This document shows, piece by piece, positions 44,066-53,372 of a stretch of DNA of 56,380 nucleotides. The stretch covers positions 1-56,380 of the IMG/VR virus record IMGVR_UViG_3300027708_000088. One strand, given 5' to 3'. Origin of the DNA: a virus (taxonomy: Duplodnaviria > Caudoviricetes). Under the pieces are notes generated by a model that saw only the letters and a list, made by a program, of their open reading frames with translations, did not search any database and was not told where the DNA came from. Each line of letters opens with the position of its first letter. The stretch's first letter is position 1. The position numbers and the translations under genes were made by a program.

Positions 44066-44905
44066 GTGACTGATTACAGCATTGTTCGCGATTTTTGGAA
44101 TCGTCCGTATGTGACTCAGGATGGTGAGGCTCTGGAGTTTGTGCAGGGGCGTAAGTCTCCGGTGAATGCTGAGGCGTACACCAGGATCAGCACGCTGTCG
44201 GGTGCGCTGGACGATAAGGGCGGTTTGGTTGATTGGACTGCCGCTATGGCGATGCTCGGGGTTGTGAAGTCGAAAAGCATTGCAGCCCAGGTGGCGCATC
44301 TGGCGTCGGCGCATGAAGCGCCGTGGTATTCCGATGGTAAGAAGCCGTTAAAAGAGTTGGTGCGTAAGGCTAAGGAGCTTGGCGGTGCTGATGATGCGGC
44401 CGGCATGGGCACTGCGTTTCACGGCATTTGTGAGTGTCTAGACCTTGGTGTTGATCCGCAGTATGTGCCGGATGAGATGAAGCCTTGGGTGGATGCCCGT
44501 CAGGCTGCGGTGCGCGGCTATGAGCCGTTCCTTGTGGAGCCGTTTGTGATTAATGATGAGTTGAAGGTTGCCGGTAATCCTGATCGTTTCCTTCGGGATA
44601 AAGAGACAGGAATTGTGTATGCCGCCGACGATAAGACGGGTACTGATGAGCCTGATTATCCGCTGAAGGTGACGATTCAGGTGGCTATCGCTTCTCGGTC
44701 TGTGTTGTATGACCAGGCGACGGGTGTTCGTACTTCGATTGATTGTGATCAGGATCGCGGGATTTTGATTCACACGCCGATGCGTTCGGGTGAGCCGCGC
44801 AGTGTGTTGTATTGGCTTGACCTGAATAAGGGTTGGGAGTTGGCGCAGTTGGCTGCGACGGTGCGGGACAGTAAGAAGGTCAGCAAGCTGGAGAAGGTGA
44901 AGTAG
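44066..44905 (+). CDS. PD-(D/E)XK exonuclease (RecE/Cas4-like)
   Basis: GTAFH..E, VAGNPDR, ADDKTG, IQVAI motifs; precedes annealase. Confidence 0.8.
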   Translation: MTDYSIVRDFWNRPYVTQDGEALEFVQGRKSPVNAEAYTRISTLSGALDDKGGLVDWTAAMAMLGVVKSKSIAAQVAHLASAHEAPWYSDGKKPLKELVRKAKELGGADDAAGMGTAFHGICECLDLGVDPQYVPDEMKPWVDARQAAVRGYEPFLVEPFVINDELKVAGNPDRFLRDKETGIVYAADDKTGTDEPDYPLKVTIQVAIASRSVLYDQATGVRTSIDCDQDRGILIHTPMRSGEPRSVLYWLDLNKGWELAQLAATVRDSKKVSKLEKVK

Positions 44906-45622
44906 ATGGCTTTTAGTCAACGCCAGGTGCAGCAGTTGCTTGCGCCTATTAACGCGAAGCGTGTGTTGCGGGATGGCAAGGGTCAGGCTCATGTGTCGCA
45001 GCATGATGTGACGGCGCACCTGAATCGCATCTTTGGTTTCGCCGGCTGGGATAAGGAAATCCTGCATGAGGAGTTGGTTTTTGAGCAGGAACGCAACACC
45101 AACGGCAAGCCTGCGGGTCGGTGGGATGTGTGCTATCGGGTTCGGATTCGCCTGATCGTTCGGGATGCTGATGGCGTTGAGCAGACCCGTAAGGATGAGG
45201 GTTCTGTGGGTACGGCGCAGAATCAGACGCGCGCCGATGCACACAAGCTGGCGTACACGTCTGCCATCTCTTTGGCGTTGAAGCGCGCGGCCAAAGACTT
45301 AGGCGATCAGTTCGGCCTGTCGCTGTACAACAAGGGCCAGTTGACTGCGTTGGTGAAAAGCACGCTGGTTGGCTTGGATGAGCAGCCGGCCGATGTCCAG
45401 GCCGATGTCGAGGACATTGTGGCGATGGGTGATGGCGAGCATGAGCCTGATCCGGCGGCGTTGGCTCGCGACGAGTTGCGCGATTACTGCGACGGCAAGC
45501 ACAACTTGAAGGCTGTCGCCGGGGCGTTTGTGGCGAAGTATGGATTGGAGTTGAATCGCGCAGACGCTGACGATGTCTCATCGTTCACTGCCTTGTTGAA
45601 GCAAGGCTTGGTAGCTGTCTGA
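44906..45622 (+). CDS. Rad52/Rad22-family single-strand annealing protein
   Basis: HVSQHDV.AHLNRIFGFAGWD, SAIS.ALKRAA..LGDQFGLSLY. Confidence 0.9.
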   Translation: MAFSQRQVQQLLAPINAKRVLRDGKGQAHVSQHDVTAHLNRIFGFAGWDKEILHEELVFEQERNTNGKPAGRWDVCYRVRIRLIVRDADGVEQTRKDEGSVGTAQNQTRADAHKLAYTSAISLALKRAAKDLGDQFGLSLYNKGQLTALVKSTLVGLDEQPADVQADVEDIVAMGDGEHEPDPAALARDELRDYCDGKHNLKAVAGAFVAKYGLELNRADADDVSSFTALLKQGLVAV

Positions 45623-45999
45623 TGGCCGAGGATGCAGACATCACTGTGGACTGGAATCCAGTCATGGTGGAGAAAGCCATCTACCGTTGCTCTCAGCGGA
45701 TCGCCAAAGGTGTTTTGAAAGCGGATGAGGCGTACCGAAAGTTTTTGGATGCTGACCGCGACTATGACATGGCGTTTGCACGATCCTATTTGGGTCACGG
45801 TGATCGGCCGGCGCATGAGCGTAAGTATCTCGCGGAGTTGGCTACCGAGTTTGAGCGCGCCCAGCGCGATGTTGCTGATGCCGCCTACAAGTTGATGGCG
45901 TCGAATCAGCGTGCAATCCAGGGGGAGCTTGAGGCTCTTCGCAGTATTGGTACGTCGGTGCGGCAGGCGTACTCGACAGCGGGAATTGGTGAGCGATGA
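45622..45999 (+). CDS. Hypothetical protein (helical)
   Basis: NPV.VE..I...SQRIAKGV...LRSIGTSVR.AY conserved actinophage motif. Confidence 0.7.
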   Translation: MAEDADITVDWNPVMVEKAIYRCSQRIAKGVLKADEAYRKFLDADRDYDMAFARSYLGHGDRPAHERKYLAELATEFERAQRDVADAAYKLMASNQRAIQGELEALRSIGTSVRQAYSTAGIGER

Positions 46000-46220
46000 G
46001 TGATCGCAGGTTGGGTGATCCGGTCAATCATCCCGCCCACTACACCAAGCATCCCAGCGGTATCGAATGCATACAGGTAACGGAACACTTCAACTATTGC
46101 ATCGGCAACGCAATTAAGTATTTGTGGCGTGCGGACAGCAAGAACGATGCAGTTGAAGACCTTCGCAAAGCTGCCTGGTACATCGAACGTGAAATTGAAA
46201 GGCGCGTGAATGAAGTCTGA
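45996..46220 (+). CDS. DUF3310 (SaV-like) protein
   Basis: DPVNHPAHYT.HPSGIECI, GNAIKYLWRA..K...EDLRKAAWY. Confidence 0.9.
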   Translation: MSDRRLGDPVNHPAHYTKHPSGIECIQVTEHFNYCIGNAIKYLWRADSKNDAVEDLRKAAWYIEREIERRVNEV

Positions 46221-46305
46221 TACAGCGTTGGCTGTGGGTGTGTGGGCGGCGTGTTTCGGCCCGTTGATGTTGTCTTTGTGGATGTCCGGTAGGGGATCAA
46301 TGTGA
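46210..46305 (+). CDS. 31-aa hydrophobic microprotein (not in ORF track)
   Basis: MKSDTALAVGVWAACFGPLMLSLWMSGRGSM; GAAAGG RBS. Confidence 0.4.
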   Translation: MKSDTALAVGVWAACFGPLMLSLWMSGRGSM

Positions 46306-46421
46306 TTGTCCTTGTGGGGTTGGGTTGCGCTGCGTTAGCGGTAGTGACTGGTCTGACGGTGTATGTGTATTTCGGCGCGTATTGGGACGAGTACAAACGG
46401 GGTGATGATGTTGAACATTGA
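46302..46421 (+). CDS. 39-aa single-TM microprotein (not in ORF track)
   Basis: MIVLVGLGCAALAVVTGLTVYVYFGAYWDEYKR...; TAGGGG RBS, GTGA overlap. Confidence 0.45.
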   Translation: MIVLVGLGCAALAVVTGLTVYVYFGAYWDEYKRGDDVEH

Positions 46422-46662
46422 TCGCGAGTGGCTTCGCATGGTCAAGGACGGCAAAAAACTTGTCGATGAACTTCCGGCCATGATCGATACCGTCTATGAC
46501 ATAAGGGACAGATTCGTGCTGAAACGTCAGTTCAAGGCGAGCAGCGAAAACTTTAAGCAAGCCGTCGATGCGGGATGCAATCCGATTTTTTCCTACGGGG
46601 AGTTGGCAGGAATGTTCTGCCTGATTGAAGATTTATCCCTGAAGCGTGAAACCGCCGAGTGA
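46408..46662 (+). CDS. Hypothetical protein
   Basis: GGGGTG RBS; in operon. Confidence 0.55.
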   Translation: MLNIDREWLRMVKDGKKLVDELPAMIDTVYDIRDRFVLKRQFKASSENFKQAVDAGCNPIFSYGELAGMFCLIEDLSLKRETAE

Positions 46663-46972
46663 GCGTGTCTGCCGGCGCATTGTCCTAGCGCGCTCTGAGG
46701 GTTTGTGTGAGCGGTGTTGTCGGGCGACAAGCCTATCTATGCATCACCGTCTGAAGCGCGGCCAGGGCGGCTTGTGGTGCCCGTCGAACATTGTTGCGGT
46801 GTGCGGCTCGGGCACCACGGGTTGTCACGGCTGGATTGAAAGTCATCCCGACGCCGCTGAGGCTAAGGGTTTTCATGTGCGCCCGTGGTGTGACCCGGCG
46901 TCAACTGCTATTCGGTATCGGTGGTCGCAATGGGCATTCCTGACTGTTGAAGGTGGAGTCGATTACCAATGA
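46646..46972 (+). CDS. HNH endonuclease
   Basis: RSEGLCERC, MHHR..RGQGG, N...VCGSGTTGCHGWIE.HP. Confidence 0.85.
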   Translation: MKPPSERVCRRIVLARSEGLCERCCRATSLSMHHRLKRGQGGLWCPSNIVAVCGSGTTGCHGWIESHPDAAEAKGFHVRPWCDPASTAIRYRWSQWAFLTVEGGVDYQ

Positions 46973-47133
46973 GTGAAACCGCTGGGGCGAAGCCGTGGGA
47001 CACACCGGGCCTGCCGTCGCGCGAACAGGTTGATCGGTGCCGGCACCACACGCATTGCGCTTACCGCGACGATGATCCGGCGAGATGCCCACTATGTCAC
47101 GCCACGCTTGTGAAGTGTTGCTGTGACATCTGA
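46969..47133 (+). CDS. 54-aa Cys/His-rich protein (not in ORF track)
   Basis: GGAG RBS, ATGA overlap; CRHHTHC...CPLCH...CCC. Confidence 0.45.
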   Translation: MSETAGAKPWDTPGLPSREQVDRCRHHTHCAYRDDDPARCPLCHATLVKCCCDI

Positions 47134-47800
47134 CTTTGGGCGTATCCATCGACGGTTTCACGCGCATCCGAAAGTTACCCAGGCTGGCTTAGAGGCTGTT
47201 GGCTTGTGGACGGTCTGCAATTCGTATTCTCGGGACCAAAGAACTAGGGGTTTCATTTCGTTCCTTGTTGCTGAGGGTTTCGATCCGACTGGCGCGGTAG
47301 CTGCTCGGCTTGTTGAGGCGAAGCTGTGGGTGCGTGACGATGAGCGCGGCGGCTATGTGTTTAACGATTGGCTTGAGTGGAACGGTGACGAGGAGCCGAA
47401 ATCGAATGCCGCGAAGCTCGTCGCCAGCATCGTGAAGGGGCATCCGAGTGAGGTCACGCAGAAACTTCAAGGTCACGTTTCTGACCTTCTGTTAGAAGGC
47501 ACTGAGTGGGATGTCATTCGGGCGGCATTGAAGATGTGGCTGACGAAGGGTAATGCACCACCTAAGTGGTTACCTCTGCTGGTTTCTGATGTGTTGAGGC
47601 AGCGTCAAGACGGCGAACTTGTGATGGCTTTGCGTCAGGCGTTTACCACTGGCACGCCGGCACCGCTGGCACGGTTCGGTCTGATTTTTACAACACCCGA
47701 TATACCTCGCGAGGTGACGGGTGACGCGGTGGGAATTTTTTACCGCGATGCAGTACGGGAATGGGTCAAAGCAATATGCAAAGAAAAGGGGATCGAATGA
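47123..47800 (+). CDS. Replication initiator-like protein
   Basis: FHAHPKV..AGLEAVGLW...LVEAKLW...GYVFNDWLEWN N-terminal domain typical of actinophage Rep; upstream of DnaB. Confidence 0.65.
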   Translation: MTSDFGRIHRRFHAHPKVTQAGLEAVGLWTVCNSYSRDQRTRGFISFLVAEGFDPTGAVAARLVEAKLWVRDDERGGYVFNDWLEWNGDEEPKSNAAKLVASIVKGHPSEVTQKLQGHVSDLLLEGTEWDVIRAALKMWLTKGNAPPKWLPLLVSDVLRQRQDGELVMALRQAFTTGTPAPLARFGLIFTTPDIPREVTGDAVGIFYRDAVREWVKAICKEKGIE

Positions 47801-48117
47801 CTACCGCAACAACGAGGGCGCGCACCACTGATCCGATCACGTCGAAGCTATCTGGCGATCCCACGTTGGGAAGCAGAGATTCGCAGAAGGCCAACCTGTT
47901 GCGTGCGTTCGCCCAGGTGCGCGCCGGGTTGACAGATGAGGAAGCTGCGGCTCGCGCCGGCCTACTGACGGTTGGCTTTTGGAAACGTGCCGCCGATCTA
48001 CGCAATGACGGTTTCATTGAGTGGTCACCCAAGTACCGGGTTGGTTCGCAGGGCCGTTTGGTTGGCGTTTCGCAGATCACACCGGCTGGCCGTAACGCTT
48101 TGAAGGGGATCAAGTGA
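47797..48117 (+). CDS. Winged-helix DNA-binding protein
   Basis: ARTTDPITS, GLTDEE, WKRAADLR..GFI, IT.AGR. Confidence 0.65.
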   Translation: MTTATTRARTTDPITSKLSGDPTLGSRDSQKANLLRAFAQVRAGLTDEEAAARAGLLTVGFWKRAADLRNDGFIEWSPKYRVGSQGRLVGVSQITPAGRNALKGIK

Positions 48118-48362
48118 CTCAGATGTTCCCGAATCCCTCAATTGTTGAGTGGCCCTTCGCTGAGGAGGAGGAGATGATTCTGACCCATGAGGATGTCATC
48201 GAATTTGTGGCGTGCTGCATCTATCAGTCAACCGATCCGACGTTCGGCTGGGGGATGATTGGTGATGAGGATAAAGAGTATTGGATGGGGTTGAGTCAGG
48301 CGGCGGTTGAGGCTGTCGCATTGCTGATCGCCGGTCCTGAGACTGATGACGAGGAAGAGTAG
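48114..48362 (+). CDS. Acidic hypothetical protein
   Basis: AAGGGG RBS, GTGA overlap. Confidence 0.55.
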   Translation: MTQMFPNPSIVEWPFAEEEEMILTHEDVIEFVACCIYQSTDPTFGWGMIGDEDKEYWMGLSQAAVEAVALLIAGPETDDEEE

Positions 48363-49617
48363 TCAGCAGCCGCCTCACGATTTCATTGCAGAGCAGTGTG
48401 TTATCGGGGCGCTGCTGCTGAACAATTCGCTGATCCCCGATGTGATCAAGGTGATCACGGCAACGGATTTCTACCGACCAAACCACCAATCAATTTATGC
48501 GGCACTCATTGACATGTTCACTAAGGGTGAGCCTGCCGATCCGGTGACGGTCGGTGGTGAGCTAGAGCGTCGGGGAGAGTTGACCAAGGTTGGTGGCGCG
48601 AAGGCGCTAATCGACATGATCACCATCGTGCCTACCGCAGTGAACGCAACGTCCTATGCGCGCCAGGTGGCCGACAAGTCGAAGCTACGTCGGCTGGCCG
48701 ACGTGGGTAGCAAACTGCTTGCGGTTGCGTACACCGAGGGCATGGATGCCAACGAGGGTGTGGTTCAAGCAGAGCGGTACTTCCGCGATGTGCAGGAGCC
48801 AACTGAGGATGGGTTCTTGATGCGCCAGTTGGTCGATGAGTGGCGCACCTACATCCAAAACCCTGATGACATTATTCCGACACCGTGGTCTGACTTGAAT
48901 CGGTATTTGGCCGGCGGGTTGCGGCGCGGAAAAATGTATGTGATTGGCGGCAGACCTGGCGGCGGCAAAAGCATGGCCGGTTTGAACATTATCGGTCACC
49001 TCGCGGAAAACGATTTCCCGGTCACGGTGTTCTCGTTGGAGATGGGCAGGCTGGAGATCACTAGCCGATTATTGGCGTGGGGATCGTGGGCGAACTACGG
49101 GCAGATTTTTTCCAAGCGCATGGATCGTGACACCCATCTTCGGGTGAACGAGTACTTGGAAAGCCATCCTAAATTTCAGGATCGACTTGAGGTGATCGAT
49201 AAGGCTTCGATCACGGTTGAGGAGATTGTGGCTCATCTGCGTCAGCGTCGGCCGGCGGCGTGCTTCATCGATTACTGCCAGTTGATTAGCCCATCTGATT
49301 CCAAGATTCAGCGCCGCGAGCAGATTGATCATGTGACTCGCACTTTGAAGGTGACGGCGGGGGATGTGGGTTGCGCGATCATTTTGGCTTCGCAGTTGAA
49401 TCGCGGCCCAACTTCCGGCGGCGGGAGGGCACCCGTGATCTCTGATCTGCGCGAGTCCGGTGGCATTGAAAACGATGCAGACGTTGTCATCTTGTTGCAC
49501 CGCGAAAATTCCGATGATGTGTTTGTTCAGATGACTGTCGGTAAAAACCGCGACGGCAGGCTCGGATCGTTGCAGTACACCTTTCGGGGCGATGTCGCCA
49601 GGATTGGTGATGGCTGA
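48346..49617 (+). CDS. dnaB: DnaB-like replicative helicase
   Basis: PPHD..AEQ, Walker A GGRPGGGKS, FSLEM, IDYCQL, SQLNR, DLRESGGIENDAD, KNRDG. Confidence 0.95.
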   Translation: MTRKSSQQPPHDFIAEQCVIGALLLNNSLIPDVIKVITATDFYRPNHQSIYAALIDMFTKGEPADPVTVGGELERRGELTKVGGAKALIDMITIVPTAVNATSYARQVADKSKLRRLADVGSKLLAVAYTEGMDANEGVVQAERYFRDVQEPTEDGFLMRQLVDEWRTYIQNPDDIIPTPWSDLNRYLAGGLRRGKMYVIGGRPGGGKSMAGLNIIGHLAENDFPVTVFSLEMGRLEITSRLLAWGSWANYGQIFSKRMDRDTHLRVNEYLESHPKFQDRLEVIDKASITVEEIVAHLRQRRPAACFIDYCQLISPSDSKIQRREQIDHVTRTLKVTAGDVGCAIILASQLNRGPTSGGGRAPVISDLRESGGIENDADVVILLHRENSDDVFVQMTVGKNRDGRLGSLQYTFRGDVARIGDG

Positions 49618-49819
49618 TGGTTATGGGGCGCAGGATTGGATGGAACTGGCGGCGTGTGTGAACGATCCCCGATTCACCGGGGATAAGCCGTCCGTTTTGG
49701 TTGCACAGCAGATGCAACGCCTGTGTTCTCAATGCGATGTTTTCACTGAGTGTTTGAGGTATCACGCGCACACCGATGTGATTGGTGTGTTCGCGGCCGG
49801 CGAGTGGCGGTCGGAATGA
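49610..49819 (+). CDS. whiB: Divergent WhiB-like protein (copy 2)
   Basis: W...AAC...LCSQCDVFTEC with GVFAA replacing G[VI]WGG; short C-terminus. Confidence 0.7.
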   Translation: MADGYGAQDWMELAACVNDPRFTGDKPSVLVAQQMQRLCSQCDVFTECLRYHAHTDVIGVFAAGEWRSE

Positions 49820-50190
49820 TTTATGTGATTGTCGCTCCGTTCGCGAGGCCACCGATGACTGCGAACGATCAGCGCCGCGCGCATTGGCAGAAGGTGCGTG
49901 CGACGAAGAAACAGGTTGGTGATGCGGTGGCGTGGCTGGCCCGACAGCAACAGATCAAAGATGTCGGGCCAGCCGAGGTTTCCTTCACTTGGTTTGCACC
50001 AGACAAGCGCCGGCGAGATTCCGACTCGTTGGGGCCATTCGTTAAAGCGGCCCTCGACGGCTTGGTGCAAGCCGAGGTGTTTCCCGATGACCACAACGGC
50101 TGGGTGGTCAAAACAAGTATGGCTGTGGTGTCGAGCGACACCCGTAATCCCCGTATCGAAATTTCAATAGAGGAGGTTGGGAATGTTTGA
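49816..50190 (+). CDS. rusA: RusA-like Holliday junction resolvase
   Basis: PDKRRRDSDSL..FVKAALDGLV.A.V.PDD. Confidence 0.85.
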   Translation: MIYVIVAPFARPPMTANDQRRAHWQKVRATKKQVGDAVAWLARQQQIKDVGPAEVSFTWFAPDKRRRDSDSLGPFVKAALDGLVQAEVFPDDHNGWVVKTSMAVVSSDTRNPRIEISIEEVGNV

Positions 50191-50464
50191 GGGTTCTGAC
50201 GTGGAGTGCGGACCTGACTGTGAGTGTGGCGGCTCAGGCAGGTGGATTCAGCCGCTTGTGTCATTCCCCGGCAAAGACGTTGACACCCGCAAGAACCTAA
50301 TCGAATTGAAGTTCGTCCTTCCCATCGACTACATCGATGATCTGTGGAAGTTGATGTCTTTGCCTTCGTTCAGGCAGCACCTGGATGACTCGTTAAGCGC
50401 GGTGATGGCCGGGTACTTCGATCAGATCGCGGAAACTTTCGACGAGATCGCGGAATCCTTTTAA
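50183..50464 (+). CDS. Hypothetical protein
   Basis: AGGAGG RBS. Confidence 0.6.
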   Translation: MFEGSDVECGPDCECGGSGRWIQPLVSFPGKDVDTRKNLIELKFVLPIDYIDDLWKLMSLPSFRQHLDDSLSAVMAGYFDQIAETFDEIAESF

Positions 50465-50733
50465 TGCGCGGCGACTACGAGGATTGGGAAGATGGCGCGC
50501 TGTGCAAACAGATCGGCATTTGGGCTTTCTACAGTGACGGGCAAGGCGGCAACCCATACCCGTTCGGTAAACGGGTATGCGGCATGTGCTTTGTGCGAGA
50601 GCCTTGTCTAAATCGTGCGCTGCGTGACCAAGAACAGTTCGGTTTGTGGGGTGGCGAGACACCAAGCTCTCGGCTTCGATTGCTGCGCGAGCGTTTCGGC
50701 CCCGATTTCAATTGGCCGGAGAACGCCACATGA
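50464..50733 (+). CDS. whiB: WhiB family transcription factor (copy 3)
   Basis: W...ALC, KRVCGMCFVREPCL..AL, FGLWGG. Confidence 0.9.
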   Translation: MRGDYEDWEDGALCKQIGIWAFYSDGQGGNPYPFGKRVCGMCFVREPCLNRALRDQEQFGLWGGETPSSRLRLLRERFGPDFNWPENAT

Positions 50734-51131
50734 GCGCAGCAGATTTCAATCCGAATCGTCACTACGATCCGCTGACCGTTGATGCTTTGGTGCAAAGGTA
50801 TCCGATGCGGGGTGCTACGTCAGCCGACAAAGCAAAGGCGGCGAAGCTGCTCTCCGATAGGGGAGTCGATGACAGTGAGATAGCGATCCTGTTGGGTGTG
50901 TCTGAGCGCAATGTAGGTCGATGGATACATGAGTTTGAGGTTGCTCCGCTGCCTCCGATTGCGGAGTGGGCGCAACGCGAGGACTGGCCTAGGTGCCGCA
51001 GCGGCCAGCATGAGATGACTCCCGACAACATGGTGCGTAAGGGCTATGACAGGAATGGGAAACAGTTGTACACCTGTCAAATGTGCATTCGCGTCGGCAC
51101 AGCGAAGAGGTCGGTATTGCATGACAGATGA
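50730..51131 (+). CDS. HTH plus Cys/His zinc-binding protein
   Basis: EIAILLGVSERNVGRW HTH; CRSGQHEMTPDN...CQMC. Confidence 0.7.
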   Translation: MSAADFNPNRHYDPLTVDALVQRYPMRGATSADKAKAAKLLSDRGVDDSEIAILLGVSERNVGRWIHEFEVAPLPPIAEWAQREDWPRCRSGQHEMTPDNMVRKGYDRNGKQLYTCQMCIRVGTAKRSVLHDR

Positions 51132-51753
51132 GATTGTTCACCGCTGTAGATCAGGGAAGTTGCAGTGTGTGTCTCGCACTCCTGACGGGGCGGCAGTGAC
51201 GATGAAACCTGACACGCTGTGCCCTGGTTGCATCACACAGATACAGGTGATGCTGGGCGATCTGCCGCATCTCGCGGCGGCGTTGAAATGTTTCCTTGGC
51301 GGGTCGATGGCAACCGCATACACGTCGAAAGTGCATTCAACTCCGACGCCGGCTGCGCCAATGAACGTCACCGTCTATGACTTGATCGATGACATTGGTG
51401 ACGCTATTGATCGCGCCGGCGGCATGGGTGTCCGTATCGACAATCTGATTCGGGAACCGGGCGTCGAGTTTCAGGTGTGGCAGCGGGGCGAGCCAACACG
51501 GCGAATGCTCGACGGTGTTGACCGCGCAATGAATGTCCGCAAGGTACATAGAAAAGCTGAGGGCATGGTCGGTCTGAAAAAAGTTTGGCAGCGCCGAGTG
51601 TCGCCCTGCCCGCACTGCAATCTTCCGACGCTCGGTTCCTGGTTTGGCGAGAACACGGTCCATTGCACTAACGAGGACTGCAACAGCAGCCTCACCCGAG
51701 ATGAATATGACCTGATGGTTATAGCGAAATCAAAAAGTGAGAAGAGGAAATGA
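51121..51753 (+). CDS. Zinc-ribbon-containing hypothetical protein
   Basis: LCPGC, CPHC, HCTNEDC motifs; GAGG RBS. Confidence 0.7.
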   Translation: MTDEIVHRCRSGKLQCVSRTPDGAAVTMKPDTLCPGCITQIQVMLGDLPHLAAALKCFLGGSMATAYTSKVHSTPTPAAPMNVTVYDLIDDIGDAIDRAGGMGVRIDNLIREPGVEFQVWQRGEPTRRMLDGVDRAMNVRKVHRKAEGMVGLKKVWQRRVSPCPHCNLPTLGSWFGENTVHCTNEDCNSSLTRDEYDLMVIAKSKSEKRK

Positions 51754-52202
51754 CAAACAGCATCACGATCACCGGAAACATCACTGCCGATCCTGAGATC
51801 AAGTTCCTGCCTTCGGGTATCCCAGTGGTGAGTTTTACTGTCGCGGATACGCCGCGCGTGTTCAACAAGGACACCGGGGAGTGGAAAGACGGCGACACAC
51901 TTTTCCTGCGCTGCAATCTGTGGCGTGACGCCGCCGAGAACGTCGCAGAGTCCTTACAGAAGGGCGCTCGCGTAGTTGTGAGTGGGCATCTCAAGCAGCG
52001 CACTTTTGATGGCCGCGACGGCGATAAGAAGTCGATGATTGAACTTGAGGTTGAAGAGGTTGGGCCGTCGCTGAAGTATGCGCGCGCCCAAGTTACGAAA
52101 CAGAAGAGGGACGGTACGTCGGGCACGTTCGCTGCGGCTACTTCCACTCCTGCGCCGGCTGGCGATCTGTGGGGTGTCAGCGATGACGAGCCGCCGTTCT
52201 GA
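51750..52202 (+). CDS. ssb: Single-stranded DNA-binding protein
   Basis: [27 protein letters not shown], acidic tail DDEPPF. Confidence 0.97.
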   Translation: MTNSITITGNITADPEIKFLPSGIPVVSFTVADTPRVFNKDTGEWKDGDTLFLRCNLWRDAAENVAESLQKGARVVVSGHLKQRTFDGRDGDKKSMIELEVEEVGPSLKYARAQVTKQKRDGTSGTFAAATSTPAPAGDLWGVSDDEPPF

Positions 52203-52279
52203 TCGGTTGCCCTTTTAATAACTAAATAAAACACACGTCGAGATAGATAGACCCCAGCAAGGACAAAGGGGGTCCATTT

Positions 52280-53239
52280 TTGTTGTCCAATTTAGGAAAC
52301 CAAACTTTGAAACACATAGTGATGTTTAGCGGTGGCATCGGTTCTTGGATGACAGCGAAACGGGTGATTGCCAAGCACGGCACAGCCGATACGATTCTCC
52401 TTTTTGCGGATGTGAAAGGGGAGGGGCGGTGCCTGACTTGTGATCACAGGTTTAGCCTGCACATCAATGGGCGTGGCCCTTGCGATGTGAAAGACGACGA
52501 TGACAAATATTGCGGATGCACTTCGTTTGTGGATAATCCGTTTGTTGGTGAGCATCCAGACACCTATAGGTTTATTGATGATGCTGCCGCCAAGTTACAA
52601 GCAGAACTTGTCACAGTCATGGACCCCAAGAAGCGGGACATTTGGGGTGTTTATGAAAGTAGGAGATATTTAGGTAATTCTCGCCAAGCTAATTGCTCCA
52701 TCGAATTGAAGCAGAAGCCGTGCCTTGCTTGGCTAAAGGACAATGTGAAGCCGGATGAGGGAAAGGTATACGTCGGCATTGACTGGACTGAGTCTCATCG
52801 ATTGCCGGCAGTAGAGGCCGCGTATGCAAAATGGGGTTACAAGGCAGAAGCGCCTTTGTGCAATCGTCCCTATCTAGATAAAGACGAGATGATTCAGGCC
52901 GCGATAGCAGACGGGTTGACCCCTCCTTCTGCATATGCAAAGGGTTATCCACATAACAATTGTTCCGGTTTTTGCGTGCGTGCCGGCAAGAGTCAGTTCA
53001 AGATGCTGCTGGAAGAGAATCGTGAGGCGTACATGTTCCATGAAGGACAAGAGCTAAAACTTCGGGAATATTTAGGCAAGCCGGTGACGATTTTGACTGA
53101 GATGAATAAGGGCGAAAAGGTCAACTTAACCCTTCGCAGTTTTCGTGAGCGTCAGGAATCTCAAAAATCTTTGTTTGACGATGATGAATTCGATTTTGGC
53201 GGTTGCGGTTGCTTTTCACAATTTGAGGACGATGAGTGA
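52280..53239 (+). CDS. PAPS-reductase-like (adenine nucleotide alpha hydrolase) protein
   Basis: PP-loop-like FSGGIGS, CSIELK, GIDWTE.HR, HNNCSGFCVRAG, C-terminal GGCGCF; start uncertain (52280 or 52307). Confidence 0.75.
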   Translation: MLSNLGNQTLKHIVMFSGGIGSWMTAKRVIAKHGTADTILLFADVKGEGRCLTCDHRFSLHINGRGPCDVKDDDDKYCGCTSFVDNPFVGEHPDTYRFIDDAAAKLQAELVTVMDPKKRDIWGVYESRRYLGNSRQANCSIELKQKPCLAWLKDNVKPDEGKVYVGIDWTESHRLPAVEAAYAKWGYKAEAPLCNRPYLDKDEMIQAAIADGLTPPSAYAKGYPHNNCSGFCVRAGKSQFKMLLEENREAYMFHEGQELKLREYLGKPVTILTEMNKGEKVNLTLRSFRERQESQKSLFDDDEFDFGGCGCFSQFEDDE

Positions 53240-53372
53240 GGTGCTAGTAAGGCGCAAGGTTTTGAAAAGTACGGCAGTAGCTTGCGTGCTGTTGTTGGCG
53301 GTTTCCGAATTGATCGGCATTGCGGCGATGGCCGCGATCCGTATGGGCGAGAGAGGTAGTCGCTGGTGGTAG
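53232..53372 (+). CDS. Small membrane protein
   Basis: GAGG RBS; hydrophobic core AVACVLLLAVSELIGIAAMAAI. Confidence 0.5.
   Translation: MSEVLVRRKVLKSTAVACVLLLAVSELIGIAAMAAIRMGERGSRWW

Noticed and set aside
43136-46972. Restriction-modification pair (methylase plus HNH or PD-(D/E)XK nuclease)
   Set aside because: The adjacent nuclease fits the recombination module and the HNH is several genes away; an orphan methylase is more parsimonious
5470-49617. Inteins or introns in terL, capsid or dnaB
   Set aside because: Lengths are normal and motifs contiguous; no intein splice motifs or embedded endonuclease
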